From an uncultured Planctomycetaceae bacterium (GTDB lineage Bacteria > Planctomycetota > Planctomycetia > Isosphaerales > Isosphaeraceae), in assembly GCA_963833985.1 (NCBI GenBank), contig CAWIAD010000002.1:4224001-4288000 (forward strand): a stretch of DNA of 64,000 nt, given 5' to 3'. The translations under genes were made by a program, and so were the position numbers. This document shows positions 10,014 to 20,260 of this stretch, piece by piece. How positions within the stretch are numbered: position 1 is the first letter of the stretch; each line of letters starts with the position of its first letter. The notes below the pieces were generated by a model. It worked only from the letters and a program-made list of their open reading frames with translations, was not told where the DNA came from and did no database searches.

Positions 10014-11473
10014 TCAATAAATGTACCGGATTCGCCGCGGATCGGGAACCCAGTAAAACGAACGGCCGAAGACCTCGAGGGCCACGACCTGGCCAGGAAG
10101 ATGGACCAGGAACGGCTTGCCCAGGAACATCGACCGGGGCACCACGGGACTGGTGGCCCAGAACCGGGAGTCGTTGGAGACCGGGCTGTTGTCGCCCAGC
10201 ACGAAGTACTCGCCGTCCTTGAGCTGGTACGGTTCGTTGACGCCGTGAGGATGACGCGGGACCGCGCCCAGGGAGCTGGTGTAGTAGACGTCGCGGAAGA
10301 TCTTCAGGTCCCGCACGCGCAGCGACCCCCGCGCACGCCCAGGGCGATTGGCGATTCATCGGCTGGCGGTCCGCTGGCGGGGTTCTCGTAGTCCAGGGGT
10401 TGAAACAGCGGCTGACCGTCCAGGGTGACCGTGAGCCGTTGATCGACCACCGATGCCTGGAGCAGCACGCTGCACGGCCAGCGCCCGACATCCGCCAGGG
10501 GCGTGGCCCAGGGAATCACGAGCTGCTTGCGGTTGTTGCGCGCGACCTGGACCGGGATCGCGCCGCGCACGGGGATTCGCACCACGAACCGGTCCGTGCC
10601 GGAGCGGATCGCCAGCGTGATCAGCTCGACGTCCTCCGCGATCGTCAGTCTTGCCTCCAGCGCCAGGTCGGGAACCACGTTCTCGGTTCCCAGGTCGCCG
10701 CCGTTGTAGGCGTAGTGATCCCGGATCGGCCCGTACTGGCTGCGTACGGGATCCCAGTGCCTGTAGACCAGCCAGTCGACGGACTCATCCTGGGCGCCTG
10801 AGGAGGTCCTCCCGGCCGGTTCGTGGGTGAACGTGCCGCCCGACTGGCTCCAGCCGCTGGCCAGCCGCTGGCGTGCTGAGCCTCGCGAGAAAAACCAGCG
10901 GGGAAACCGGTCGGAATCCTCGGGAACGTAGCGGCTGTCATGAACCAGGATGCGCATCGCCCGGAACTCCTCCTGGCTCTTTCGCACCACCCGGCCGTCC
11001 ACGACCACGTTGCCGCCGGAAATCTGGAGCGACTCTCCCGGAAGCCCGACCACACGTTTCACGTAGGCCTGGCTGGGATCGCCGGGAAAATGGAAGACCG
11101 CGACTTCCCACCTCCGGGGCGGTCGAAAATCGTAGAGAAACTTCTGGACCAGCACGCGATCGCCGTTGCAGTCCACCGCCGGCGACTGCTCCAGATCGGA
11201 CTTGCCGCAGTTCGGGCAGACCGGGCGGGGCGGACGGCCTTCCTCGTCCACGCCGATCACGAAGATGAAACGGCAGTTCGGGCAGGTCAATTCGCGGTGA
11301 TGCCCGAGCAAGGTAGGCGCCATGGAGCCGGTGGGAACCACATAGGCCTCGGCGGAGAACGTGCGGAAGAGCAGCACGCCCAGGCAGAGCACAACCACCA
11401 GGTCCACGGTCTGGCGGACCGCTCCCGTTGCCGGGTTTTCCTGGGGACGACCTTTGCCGGCGTGTGCCTGCAT
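10014..11473 (-). CDS. lepB: Second signal peptidase I paralogue (frameshift ~10328)
   Basis: VPTGSMAPTL, CPNC...CPNC, YVKRVVGLPG. The C-terminal box GDNSPVSNDSRFW lies in ORF 10014-10316, joined across a C5 run. Confidence 0.85.
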
Positions 11474-11538
11474 GCTCGTTGTGCCTCGTCGGATGCCAGT
11501 TGCGTGCCGGAGACCGCATGCCTCCGCATGCCGGACGT

Positions 11539-13344
11539 TCAATCGTCGGTATCGTCGAGCACCGACAGGAAGGCGTCTTGCGAGATCTCGACATTGCCTA
11601 CCTGTTTCATACGCTTCTTGCCTTCCTTTTGCTTTTCAAGAAGCTTTCTTTTTCTGGTAATGTCGCCACCATAACATTTCGCGGTCACATTCTTGCGCAG
11701 CGCCGAGATGGTCTCGCGGGCGATCACGCGGCTGCCGATGGCCGCCTGGATGGCGACCTCGAACTGATGCCGGTCGATCTCCCCCTTCAACTTGCGCACC
11801 AGCTTCCGGCCGCGCCGGTCGGCGTGGCTGCGATGGACCACCACGGAAAGAGCGTCCACCCGCTGCCCGGCCACGACGATGTCGAGCCGGCAGAGGTCGC
11901 CCGCCCTGTAGCCAATAAGCTCATAGTCCATGGTGCCGTAGCCCCGTGTCGCGCTCTTCAGCTTATCGTAGAGGTCGTAGATCATCTCCGCGAGCGGCAA
12001 TTCATAGCTCAGGATGGCGCGTGTGGTGGACAGGTACTCGGTCTTGATGAATAACCCGCGGCGATCCTCACAAAGCTGCATGATGGCGCCGATGCTGTCC
12101 GAAGGCAGGATGAAGTTGACCCTGGCGATCGGCTCGCGAAACTCCTCGATGTCGCCCGGTTCGGGGATCCGCGTCGGGTTCGAGATGTGCAGTGTTTCGC
12201 CCTTGCGCGTGAGGATCTCATAGGTGACGTTCGGCGCGGTCTGGACGAGCGCCAGGTTGCTCTCGCGTTCGAGCCTTTGCTGGACGATCTCCATGTGGAG
12301 CATGCCCAGGAATCCGCAGCGGAACCCGAAACCCAGAGCGTCGGACGTCTCGGGTTCGAACGAAAAGCTCGAGTCGTTGAGCGCGAGTTTCTGGAGGGCC
12401 GTGCGGAGATCGTCGAACTGATTGTGGGAGGCGGGAAAGAGCCCGCAGAAGACCACCGGCACCGGCTCCTGGTAGCCCTCCAGGGGAACCTCCGCCGCGC
12501 GCGGCATCTGGGTGATCGTGTCGCCGATGCGAACGTCCGAAAGTTGCTTGATGTTGGCGATGACGTAGCCGACCTGGCCGACGCCCAGCTCGTCGCAGTC
12601 GACCTCGCGCGGCCGGAAACGGCCCAGTCCGGTGACTTCATGCTCGGTGCCGCCAGCCATCATGAGGATCTTCTGACCCACCCGGAGCACGCCGTCAACC
12701 ACCCGCACGTACGTGATCACGCCCTGGTAGTCGTCGAACTTGGAGTCGAAGATGAGGGCCCGCAACGGCGCCTCGGGATCGCCCGCGGGCGGTGGCACGC
12801 GCTCGATGATGGCCCGGAACACCTCGGCCACGCCCTGCCCCGTCTTGGCACTCACGGCCAGGATCTCGGCAGGGTCGATGCCGAGAGTGTGCATGATCTC
12901 TTCCTTGATCTCCTCGGGGCGGGCCGCTTGCATGTCGATCTTGTTCAGCACCGGTACGATCGTGAGGTCGTTCCCCACCGCGAGAAAGGCGTTGGCGACG
13001 GTCTGAGCCTGCACGCCCTGGGTGGCATCCACCAGCAGGATGGCCCCCTCGCAGGCCGCCAGGCTGCGCGAGACCTCGTAATGGAAATCCACGTGGCCCG
13101 GTGTGTCGATCAGGTTCAACTCGTAGGTCTGGCCGTCCAGGGTGTAGTTGATGGCCACGGCCCGCGCCTTGATGGTGATGCCGCGCTCGCGCTCGAGATC
13201 CATGTCGTCAAGCAATTGCTCGCGGAACTCGCGAGATGTGATGGCTCCGGATTGCAGCAGCAACTGGTCGGCCAGCGTGCTCTTGCCGTGGTCGATGTGA
13301 GCGACGATCGAGAAATCACGTATATACTTGGGATCAAATGGCAT
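11539..13344 (-). CDS. lepA: Translation elongation factor 4 (LepA)
   Basis: AHIDHGKSTLAD, ERERGITIK, DTPGHVDF, KCYGGDITRKRKLLEKQKEGKKRMK. Confidence 0.98.
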   Translation of the reverse strand: MPFDPKYIRDFSIVAHIDHGKSTLADQLLLQSGAITSREFREQLLDDMDLERERGITIKARAVAINYTLDGQTYELNLIDTPGHVDFHYEVSRSLAACEGAILLVDATQGVQAQTVANAFLAVGNDLTIVPVLNKIDMQAARPEEIKEEIMHTLGIDPAEILAVSAKTGQGVAEVFRAIIERVPPPAGDPEAPLRALIFDSKFDDYQGVITYVRVVDGVLRVGQKILMMAGGTEHEVTGLGRFRPREVDCDELGVGQVGYVIANIKQLSDVRIGDTITQMPRAAEVPLEGYQEPVPVVFCGLFPASHNQFDDLRTALQKLALNDSSFSFEPETSDALGFGFRCGFLGMLHMEIVQQRLERESNLALVQTAPNVTYEILTRKGETLHISNPTRIPEPGDIEEFREPIARVNFILPSDSIGAIMQLCEDRRGLFIKTEYLSTTRAILSYELPLAEMIYDLYDKLKSATRGYGTMDYELIGYRAGDLCRLDIVVAGQRVDALSVVVHRSHADRRGRKLVRKLKGEIDRHQFEVAIQAAIGSRVIARETISALRKNVTAKCYGGDITRKRKLLEKQKEGKKRMKQVGNVEISQDAFLSVLDDTDD

Positions 13345-13736
13345 GCAACAAGTCCGCTAGCGCCCGAAAAGTCGCCGGAAGAGGATGACGGGTTGGGGAA
13401 AATAGACCCGGTTTGGCCTTCAAGCCGCACGGCTCCGCTCAGGGAGAGCTGGGGAACGCGGCCCGGAACGTCCTCGAGAATTCCGTCCGAGGGTTTGCGA
13501 GGTCGCCAGATCTTCAAATACAACGCCTTGGAGGCAAAGGAGATCGAAGCCGCGCACGGCCGCAGGGAAGGACGTCCGGTGGAGCCAATCCACCCTGTCG
13601 ATTATATTGTGCTGGTTGGATGACGGATAGCCGTTTTGCGCGGACATGGGTGGGCGAACGTGGAGCCGAACCGCGCAATCCCACGTGAAACTCCAGGCCG
13701 GCCGCCGGCGTTCTCGCCGCAGGAGCTGCCCCCATC

Positions 13737-14906
13737 ATGAAATGCGTCTCCATTCTGTCCACTGCCAGCACGACTCAAGCGGCGATGCAGGAGGTCCTCG
13801 CTGGCCTCGACGATGGCCTGGGCGGCGTCCAGGCGGATCTGACGTTGATCTTCTCGTCCGTGCACCATGCCGATGAGCTGGAACAGTTCTCCGGGCGTCT
13901 GCTTGCCGAGCAGCGTACCAGGCACCTCATGGGCTGCACGGGCGAATCCATCGTGGGCGATGGCCGCGAAGTCGAAGGAACTCCGGCACTGTCCGTCTGG
14001 TCGGCCGTCCTCCCGGGCGTCACCGTGCAGTCCATTCGTCTGGGTGAACCGGGAGACATGGGCCCGGACTGGACGCAGGGCACTGGCCAGCCGGCAAGCT
14101 CCGCATTGTTGCTCCTGGCCGACCCGTTCTCGTATCGCACCGAAGACCTTCTCTCCCAGTTGAACCGGGATGTGCGCGGGCTCCGTGTGATTGGCGGCAT
14201 GGCCAGCGGCAGCCAGGTGCCGCGCGGCAACTTGCTGCTGCTGGACGGCAAGGCGTTCGCTGATGGAGCCGTTGCGGTGCTACTTGGCGGCGCCCTGTCG
14301 GTCGAGACGGTCGTCAGCCAGGGCTGCCGCCCGGTGGGTCACACGATGGTCGTGACCAGGGCCGAGCACAACGTCATCCAGGAACTGGGCCGCCGGCCTG
14401 CGCTCGAGGTGCTCCGGGGCCTCTTCCGTGAACTCGGCGACGAGGATCAGCGGCGGATCCAGGAAGGTCTGCACATTGGCAGGGTGATCAACGAGTATCA
14501 AGGGACGTTCCAGCGGGGCGACTTCCTGGTCCGCAACGTGATGGGGGCCGACCAGTCGGGAGCCATCCAGATCACCGACGTCGTGCGTGTCGGCCAGACC
14601 GTCCAGTTCCACGTGCGCGACGCCGGAACCGCCGACGAAGACCTGCGCGGATTGCTGGAGGCACACAAGGCCTCACCCCGTCCCGCGGGCGCCCTGCTCT
14701 TCACATGCAACGGCCGGGGGCGGAGGTTGTTCCATGAAGATCATCATGATATCGGTGTGATCCACGAGGTTCTCGGCCGCGTCCCCACGGCAGGCTTCTT
14801 CGCCATGGGCGAGATTGGCCCGATCGGCGGCCAGAACTTCCTGCACGGCTACACGGCCAGTATCGTTCTCTTCACCGAACCGGCGTCGGCCGCCGATCAT
14901 GGCTAG
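13737..14906 (+). CDS. Stand-alone FIST (FIST_N/FIST_C) sensory domain protein
   Basis: GCTGESIVG, LLADPFS, IGGMASG, VSQGCRPVG, FTCNGRG, GFFAMGEIGP...HGYTAS. Confidence 0.9.
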   Translation: MKCVSILSTASTTQAAMQEVLAGLDDGLGGVQADLTLIFSSVHHADELEQFSGRLLAEQRTRHLMGCTGESIVGDGREVEGTPALSVWSAVLPGVTVQSIRLGEPGDMGPDWTQGTGQPASSALLLLADPFSYRTEDLLSQLNRDVRGLRVIGGMASGSQVPRGNLLLLDGKAFADGAVAVLLGGALSVETVVSQGCRPVGHTMVVTRAEHNVIQELGRRPALEVLRGLFRELGDEDQRRIQEGLHIGRVINEYQGTFQRGDFLVRNVMGADQSGAIQITDVVRVGQTVQFHVRDAGTADEDLRGLLEAHKASPRPAGALLFTCNGRGRRLFHEDHHDIGVIHEVLGRVPTAGFFAMGEIGPIGGQNFLHGYTASIVLFTEPASAADHG

Positions 14907-15016
14907 TTCTCGAGCGCCTGCGACCATGCGTCCAGCCCATGGGTGATGAGGTGCAAGGCCGGTGCCCGCCAGTGTCCTTTGCTCGACTGGGAGCAAACCT
15001 CAGGAAAGTGGTGCTG

Positions 15017-16222
15017 ATGTCTGACTGGCGGCAGGCGATTGACGAGGCCGTGGAATCCCGTGGCGACCTCCTTCGCGACGTGCGCCGCTGGATCCATGCT
15101 CACCCGGATCCCAGCCGCGAGGAGTTCGAGACCACGCACCGGCTGCTCGAATGGCTGGAACGCGAGGGCATCCCGGGTGAGCTTGCTCCGTCGGGCCGGG
15201 GCCTGCTGGCCGGTCCACCTGGCGAGCCGGGCAAGCCGGTGATCGCTTTTCGAGCCGATATTGATGCACTCAGAATCCATGACGCCAAGTCCGTGCCGTA
15301 CCGGTCGATGCGCGAGGGCGTGATGCACGCCTGCGGCCACGATGCGCACGCGGCGATGGCGCTCGGGGCGGCAATGGCCCTCTGGCAGTGCCGGAGCGAG
15401 CTGCCCTGCCCGATCACCTGGCGGGCGATCTTCCAGCCCGCCGAGGAGGTTGGCGAGGGCGCCCTGGAGATGATCGACGCCGGCGCGATGCGTGATGTGC
15501 GCGCGGTGCTGGCGCTGCATGTCGACCCGCAGACGCCGGCAGGCTGGATCGGTTACCGCGAGGGCGTGCTCACAGCCTGTTGCCAGGAGCTCGGCGTGGC
15601 GATTCTCGGCTCGGGCGGGCACGCGGCCCGTCCGCACCAGTCGGTCGATCCGATCGCGGTGGCTTCCCAGTTCATCACCAGCGTCTACCAGTTCATCCCC
15701 AGGTCGATCGACTCGCGCGAAGCGGTCGTGGTGACATTCGGCAGTATCCAGGGGGGCACGAGCGCCAACATCATCCCGGAACGGGTGCTGCTCGAAGGCA
15801 CCATCCGCACCTTGAGTGCGGACTCCGCGGCCCGCGTGAGCGACCGCATCCGCAAGATTGCCTCGGGACTCTCCGAGGCCAGCGGCGCGACGATCCAGCT
15901 CCAGTTCCGGCATGGCACCGACGCGGTCGTGAACGATCCGGACGTCACCCGCGTCTGCGTGCGCGCTGCCCGCGAGGTGGTCGGTCCGGACCATGTCTTG
16001 CCGATCATCCTGCCCAGCATGGGCGGTGAAGACTTTTCGGGATATCTCAAGTGCGCGCCTGGCTGTCTCTTGCGTCTCGGCGTGAGCGGTCCGGCAAACG
16101 ACGGCCTGTTCCTGCACTCGCCCCATTTTGACATTGATGAGCGTGCCCTGGTGATCGGGGCGAAGCTCCTGGCGCGGAGTGTGGTTCTGCTCTGGGAAAC
16201 CGTCGGATGTGCACGATCGTGA
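15017..16222 (+). CDS. M20/M40 family amidohydrolase
   Basis: RRWIHAHPD, RADIDAL, MHACGHDAH, FQPAEE, GGEDFS, LHSPHF. Confidence 0.92.
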   Translation: MSDWRQAIDEAVESRGDLLRDVRRWIHAHPDPSREEFETTHRLLEWLEREGIPGELAPSGRGLLAGPPGEPGKPVIAFRADIDALRIHDAKSVPYRSMREGVMHACGHDAHAAMALGAAMALWQCRSELPCPITWRAIFQPAEEVGEGALEMIDAGAMRDVRAVLALHVDPQTPAGWIGYREGVLTACCQELGVAILGSGGHAARPHQSVDPIAVASQFITSVYQFIPRSIDSREAVVVTFGSIQGGTSANIIPERVLLEGTIRTLSADSAARVSDRIRKIASGLSEASGATIQLQFRHGTDAVVNDPDVTRVCVRAAREVVGPDHVLPIILPSMGGEDFSGYLKCAPGCLLRLGVSGPANDGLFLHSPHFDIDERALVIGAKLLARSVVLLWETVGCARS

Positions 16223-16409
16223 TGGCCCGGCCATGGTGCGTGCAACCGGTCGGATGGCCTGCCCGGCTGCTCTCACACCCACGACGTCGCGCTTCACGAT
16301 TTCTTCATCTATCCTTCATACTCGGGTCATCCAATTCATTAGAATCCTGGGTGTGGTGACGAAGGGACCGCGCTGCCGGTTCCGCCGGTTGTCCCAGGAC
16401 GAGCGATTC

Positions 16410-17117
16410 ATGCCCAAGCCAAAGATTCTGCTGATCGAGGATGAGCGGGCGCTGGTCGAGGTCTTGAGCTACAACCTCGAGCGCGAGGGGTTTGACGTGC
16501 TGGTCGCCCACGACGGCCAGGAAGGGTTGAGGCAGGCACAGCTGAAGCTTCCCGATTTGATTGTGCTGGACCTGATGCTGCCGCTGAAACCGGGGCTCGA
16601 GGTCTGCCGCGAGCTGCGCATGGGGCCCCGCACCCGAGACATACCGATCGTCATGGTGACCGCGAAGGCGGAGGAGTCGGATCAGCTGGTGGGCTTCGCC
16701 ACGGGCGCCGATGACTACGTCACCAAGCCGTACAGCATGAAAGTCCTGATCCAGCGGATCAAGAAAGAGCTACGGCGGATGCAGCTTCACGAGGAGGCTC
16801 CAACCGGTACGATCATTCAGAGCCAGGGAGTCGTGATCGACCGGCACAGCCATCGGGCACTGCTGCGGGAACAGGAGCTGCCACTGACGCCCACGGAATT
16901 CCGTTTGCTCGAGGTCCTGGTGCGGCAGGCGGGGCGTGCGTTTACACGTTATGAACTGATGGATGCGGCGATCGGCGAGGATGCGATCGTCCTGGAACGC
17001 ACCATCGACGTGCATATCAAGAGCCTGCGAAAGAAGCTGAGAGATGCGGGCGAGCTCATCGAAACCGTCCGCGGCGTCGGCTATCGATTTCATGAGCCTC
17101 GGCTGGTCGGGGCTTGA
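16410..17117 (+). CDS. OmpR/PhoB-family response regulator (PhoB-like)
   Basis: LLIEDE, LDLMLP, GADDYVTKP, LTPTEFRLL, RTIDVHIKSLRKKL, ETVRGVGY. Confidence 0.9.
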   Translation: MPKPKILLIEDERALVEVLSYNLEREGFDVLVAHDGQEGLRQAQLKLPDLIVLDLMLPLKPGLEVCRELRMGPRTRDIPIVMVTAKAEESDQLVGFATGADDYVTKPYSMKVLIQRIKKELRRMQLHEEAPTGTIIQSQGVVIDRHSHRALLREQELPLTPTEFRLLEVLVRQAGRAFTRYELMDAAIGEDAIVLERTIDVHIKSLRKKLRDAGELIETVRGVGYRFHEPRLVGA

Positions 17118-17328
17118 GCTCGCTCCGGGCGAGGTTACTGGAATAGCGATGCCTGGGCCGTTCGCCTGGTGTCCGGCGGCCCGGCACGAGCTCGGCCCGG
17201 ACCACAGACACCTCGCGAGGTGCCTCGATTCCCAGCCGGACCTGTCCGCCCTCCAGTCGGACGACGGTCACGCAAATGTCATCGCCGATATAAAGCTTTT
17301 CCATCAACTTCCTCGTCAGTACCAGCAT
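17056..17328 (-). CDS. csrA: Carbon storage regulator CsrA
   Basis: MLVLTRK...IGDDICVTVVRLEGGQVRLGIEAPREVSVVRAEL. The C-terminal tail overlaps the 3' end of the response regulator. Confidence 0.9.
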   Translation of the reverse strand: MLVLTRKLMEKLYIGDDICVTVVRLEGGQVRLGIEAPREVSVVRAELVPGRRTPGERPRHRYSSNLARSELKPRPAEAHEIDSRRRGRFR

Positions 17329-17638
17329 GGCACCCTTCCTTCAAGCACCTCTGGGTTCGGTTCTCACCAGCTCCGGGCCCGTCTCCGCCGAGCCCTTGAA
17401 CCTTGGAACCGCAGGGCTCTCTAAAGGAATCTAGGTTACAACTCCGGACGGTGCCTGGTTTCCCGCATGGTGACCGCGCGTGTGAACTGTCCGCCATTCC
17501 GTGGCTGTGTTCTCGCCGTGCTGTGGGTGTCGATTGTATACTGATGCGGCGACCGATCGGTCCTCGTCACGACGTGCGCGGACCGTCCACGACCTCTCCA
17601 CGAACAGCGCAGACGCAACTTCCAGTTGTTTTGAGGAA

Positions 17639-18682
17639 ATGATGTCAGACTCGCATGCACCCGTGGTCATCATCGGGTCCGGATCCGCCGGATTGACCGC
17701 CGCTCTCTACGCCGCGCGCGCCAGCCTGGCCCCCCTGGTCTTCGAGGGGAAAGAGCCGGGCGGTCAGCTCACGCTCACGACCACGGTGGACAACTTTCCC
17801 GGGTTCCCCCAGGGCATCGAGGGCCCGGAGCTGATGGAGCTGATGCGGCAGCAGGCCCAGCGGTTCGGATCCCAGACACGGTGGGAGACGGTGTTCGAGG
17901 TGGACCTGTCCAGGCGGCCCTTCCACGTGCGCACCACCGACGACCCCAGCGGCGACCCATCCAGCGGCACGCTCCACGATTACACGGCCGACGCACTGAT
18001 CGTCGCCACGGGAGCATCGGCCCGCTGGCTGGGCATCGAGGGGCCCTACCGGGGCAACGGCGTGAGCACCTGCGCCACCTGCGACGGCGCGTTGTATCGC
18101 GGCAAGGAGATCGCGGTGGTGGGCGGTGGTGACTCGGCCGTCGAGGAGGCCACATTCCTCACCCGGTTCGCGAGCAAGGTCACGCTCATCCACAGGCGCG
18201 ATGCCCTGAGGGCCAGCAAGGTGATGCAGGACCGGCTCAAGAATAATCCCAGGATCCAGCCGGCCTGGAACTCGGTCGTCGATGGCATCCTGGGAGAGAA
18301 GCACGGAGCCCTCGACGTGCTCACTGGCGTGCGGCTGAGATCGACGAGCGACGGCAGCCAGCGCGACCTGAAGATCGACGGCCTATTCCTGGCCATCGGC
18401 CACGTCCCGAACACGTCGATCTTCCAGGGCAAGCTGGCGATGACTCCGGAGGGTTACCTCCTCAACCGCACGGCCCTGGCGTGGCAGGGCATCGAGGCCC
18501 CCGCCGGGCTCCTCCAGTCTCTCCCCAATTACGGCACGGCCACCAGCGTCGAGGGCGTCTTTGCCTGTGGCGACGTGGTCGACACACACTACCGCCAGGC
18601 CATCACCGCGGCCGGCTCGGGCTGTGCAGCCGCCATGGATTGTGAGAAATGGCTGGAGGCCGCCGGCGCCGGGCATCATTGA
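17639..18682 (+). CDS. trxB: Thioredoxin-disulfide reductase
   Basis: IIGSGSAGLTAA, GGQL, CATCDG, VGGGDSAVEEA, GVFACGDV...YRQAITAAG. GAGG RBS. Confidence 0.95.
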   Translation: MMSDSHAPVVIIGSGSAGLTAALYAARASLAPLVFEGKEPGGQLTLTTTVDNFPGFPQGIEGPELMELMRQQAQRFGSQTRWETVFEVDLSRRPFHVRTTDDPSGDPSSGTLHDYTADALIVATGASARWLGIEGPYRGNGVSTCATCDGALYRGKEIAVVGGGDSAVEEATFLTRFASKVTLIHRRDALRASKVMQDRLKNNPRIQPAWNSVVDGILGEKHGALDVLTGVRLRSTSDGSQRDLKIDGLFLAIGHVPNTSIFQGKLAMTPEGYLLNRTALAWQGIEAPAGLLQSLPNYGTATSVEGVFACGDVVDTHYRQAITAAGSGCAAAMDCEKWLEAAGAGHH

Positions 18683-18711
18683 GGAGGCGCCCGGCGGAAC
18701 CTCGGAGCAGC

Positions 18712-20043
18712 TCACTCCATGCTGCCGACCTCGCGTGCCGCCTGGGCCTGCGGGGGCGCTGCCTTGCAGCGTGGAATCTTCGCGGTGAACCGCGAGCCGG
18801 ATCCGGGCCGGCTGGTCACCGAGATGTGGCCCCGGATGGACGAGATCAGGTGGCGGACGATCGACAGGCCCAGCCCGGTGCCGCCCAGTTCCCGGCTCCG
18901 CGCCTTGTCCACGCGGTAGAACCTCTCGAAGATCCGCGGCAGCTCGTCGCGCGGGATGCCGATTCCCGTATCGGCGACGTCCACGCTCACCATTTCGCCG
19001 GCCAGCGAGCAGGACACGCGTACCCTGCCTCCGGGAGGCGTGTACTTGATGGCGTTGTCGATCAGGTTGTCGAAGATCTGGCGGATGGCCTCCTCGTCGG
19101 CCAGCACCAGCGTCTCACCATCGAGCCCGCCGACATCGAAAGTGAGCGCGAGATCCTTGGCTTCCGCACGCCCGCGGTGCCCCTCCAGGCATGACTCCAG
19201 AGCGGGGATCAGGCTCAGCGGCCCATGCTCGAAGAACTCCTGTCCGGAATCGAGCCTGGCCAGGCTGAGCATGTCGAGGATGAGCTGGTTGAGACGGTCC
19301 GCCTGCTCGTCGATCCGCTCCAGGAAGCGGCGATTGACGGTGTCGTCGTGCAGCGCCCAGTCGATCAGGGTTTCGGCGTAAGCCTTGATGGAGGCAAGCG
19401 GTGTTTTGAGCTCGTGCGAGGCGTTGGCCACAAAATCTTGCCGCATCCGCTCCAGCCTGCGGAGGTCGGTCACGTCGTGAAAGACGAGCACGGCGCCAGA
19501 GGGGGGCGTGCCGGGCAATGGGGTTCCACGTACCGAGAGGATGCGCGACGGGCCACGCAGCGCGGCGTCGCGCACGGGGAAGGCGACCTCGCCCTGGTAG
19601 GCGTCCGGGTGGTAGAGCCGCAGCGTTTCGTCGACGGCACTCTGCACCTGAGGGCTGCGGATCAGCTCGGGCACGAGCCGGCCGACCGACAAGGCATCCA
19701 GACCGAAGAGGGCGTCAGCGCTCGTGTTGGCGAAGAGCAGCCGGCGCCGCGCGTCCACCGCAATCACCGCCTCGGCCATCGCTCCGAGCACCACGCGCAG
19801 TTGCTGGCGGTCCTCCTCGAGCCGATCGATCCGGGCCTGGATCGCTGGGGCCGTCTCATTGAAGACCTGGATCAGACGCCCGAGAGGGCCCCATGAGTCG
19901 ATGAGGATCTGCCGGGTGCGCAGGCCCGAGCCCAGCGCACCCAGCCCGCGCACCAGCTCTCGAACGGCGCGCAGCCATCCCCCGGCCAGGAGCACCAGGG
20001 CCAGCACGAGCGCCAGCAACACGGTGATGAGCACAGACACCAT
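18712..20043 (-). CDS. Sensor histidine kinase, PhoR-like (TM-PAS-HisKA-HATPase)
   Basis: DVTDLRRLERMRQDFVANASHELKTPL, NLIDNAIKY, DTGIGI, IFERFYRVDKARSRELGGTGLGL. Confidence 0.9.
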   Translation of the reverse strand: MVSVLITVLLALVLALVLLAGGWLRAVRELVRGLGALGSGLRTRQILIDSWGPLGRLIQVFNETAPAIQARIDRLEEDRQQLRVVLGAMAEAVIAVDARRRLLFANTSADALFGLDALSVGRLVPELIRSPQVQSAVDETLRLYHPDAYQGEVAFPVRDAALRGPSRILSVRGTPLPGTPPSGAVLVFHDVTDLRRLERMRQDFVANASHELKTPLASIKAYAETLIDWALHDDTVNRRFLERIDEQADRLNQLILDMLSLARLDSGQEFFEHGPLSLIPALESCLEGHRGRAEAKDLALTFDVGGLDGETLVLADEEAIRQIFDNLIDNAIKYTPPGGRVRVSCSLAGEMVSVDVADTGIGIPRDELPRIFERFYRVDKARSRELGGTGLGLSIVRHLISSIRGHISVTSRPGSGSRFTAKIPRCKAAPPQAQAAREVGSME

Positions 20044-20260
20044 TGGCTGCTCCGATCCATGCCATGACGCCGCGTTGACCTTTCCAGTATCGATGTCCCG
20101 TGCATGGAGGTCAACAGAGGGATCCAGAGGAACTTGCCTGCTGACGAGTTGCCGAACGCCTGGATGTAACCTATTTTTGCCTCGGAAGAGGTGAGATCGG
20201 AAGTGAAGGAGCTTCCGCATCCTTTCAAGCATCAAAGCTCGATGTCATCGAGGAGACAAC

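Noticed and set aside
9946..10491. N-terminal 182-aa extension of the 760-aa lepB ORF
   Set aside because: It overlaps the upstream lepB paralogue out of frame. The credible start is ATG 9945.
12187..13623. Long antisense ORFs over lepA (and similar ones over tolC, emrA, the heme protein, mnmA and the RND adaptor)
   Set aside because: These are GC-rich codon-bias shadows with no recognisable motifs, opposite well-supported genes.
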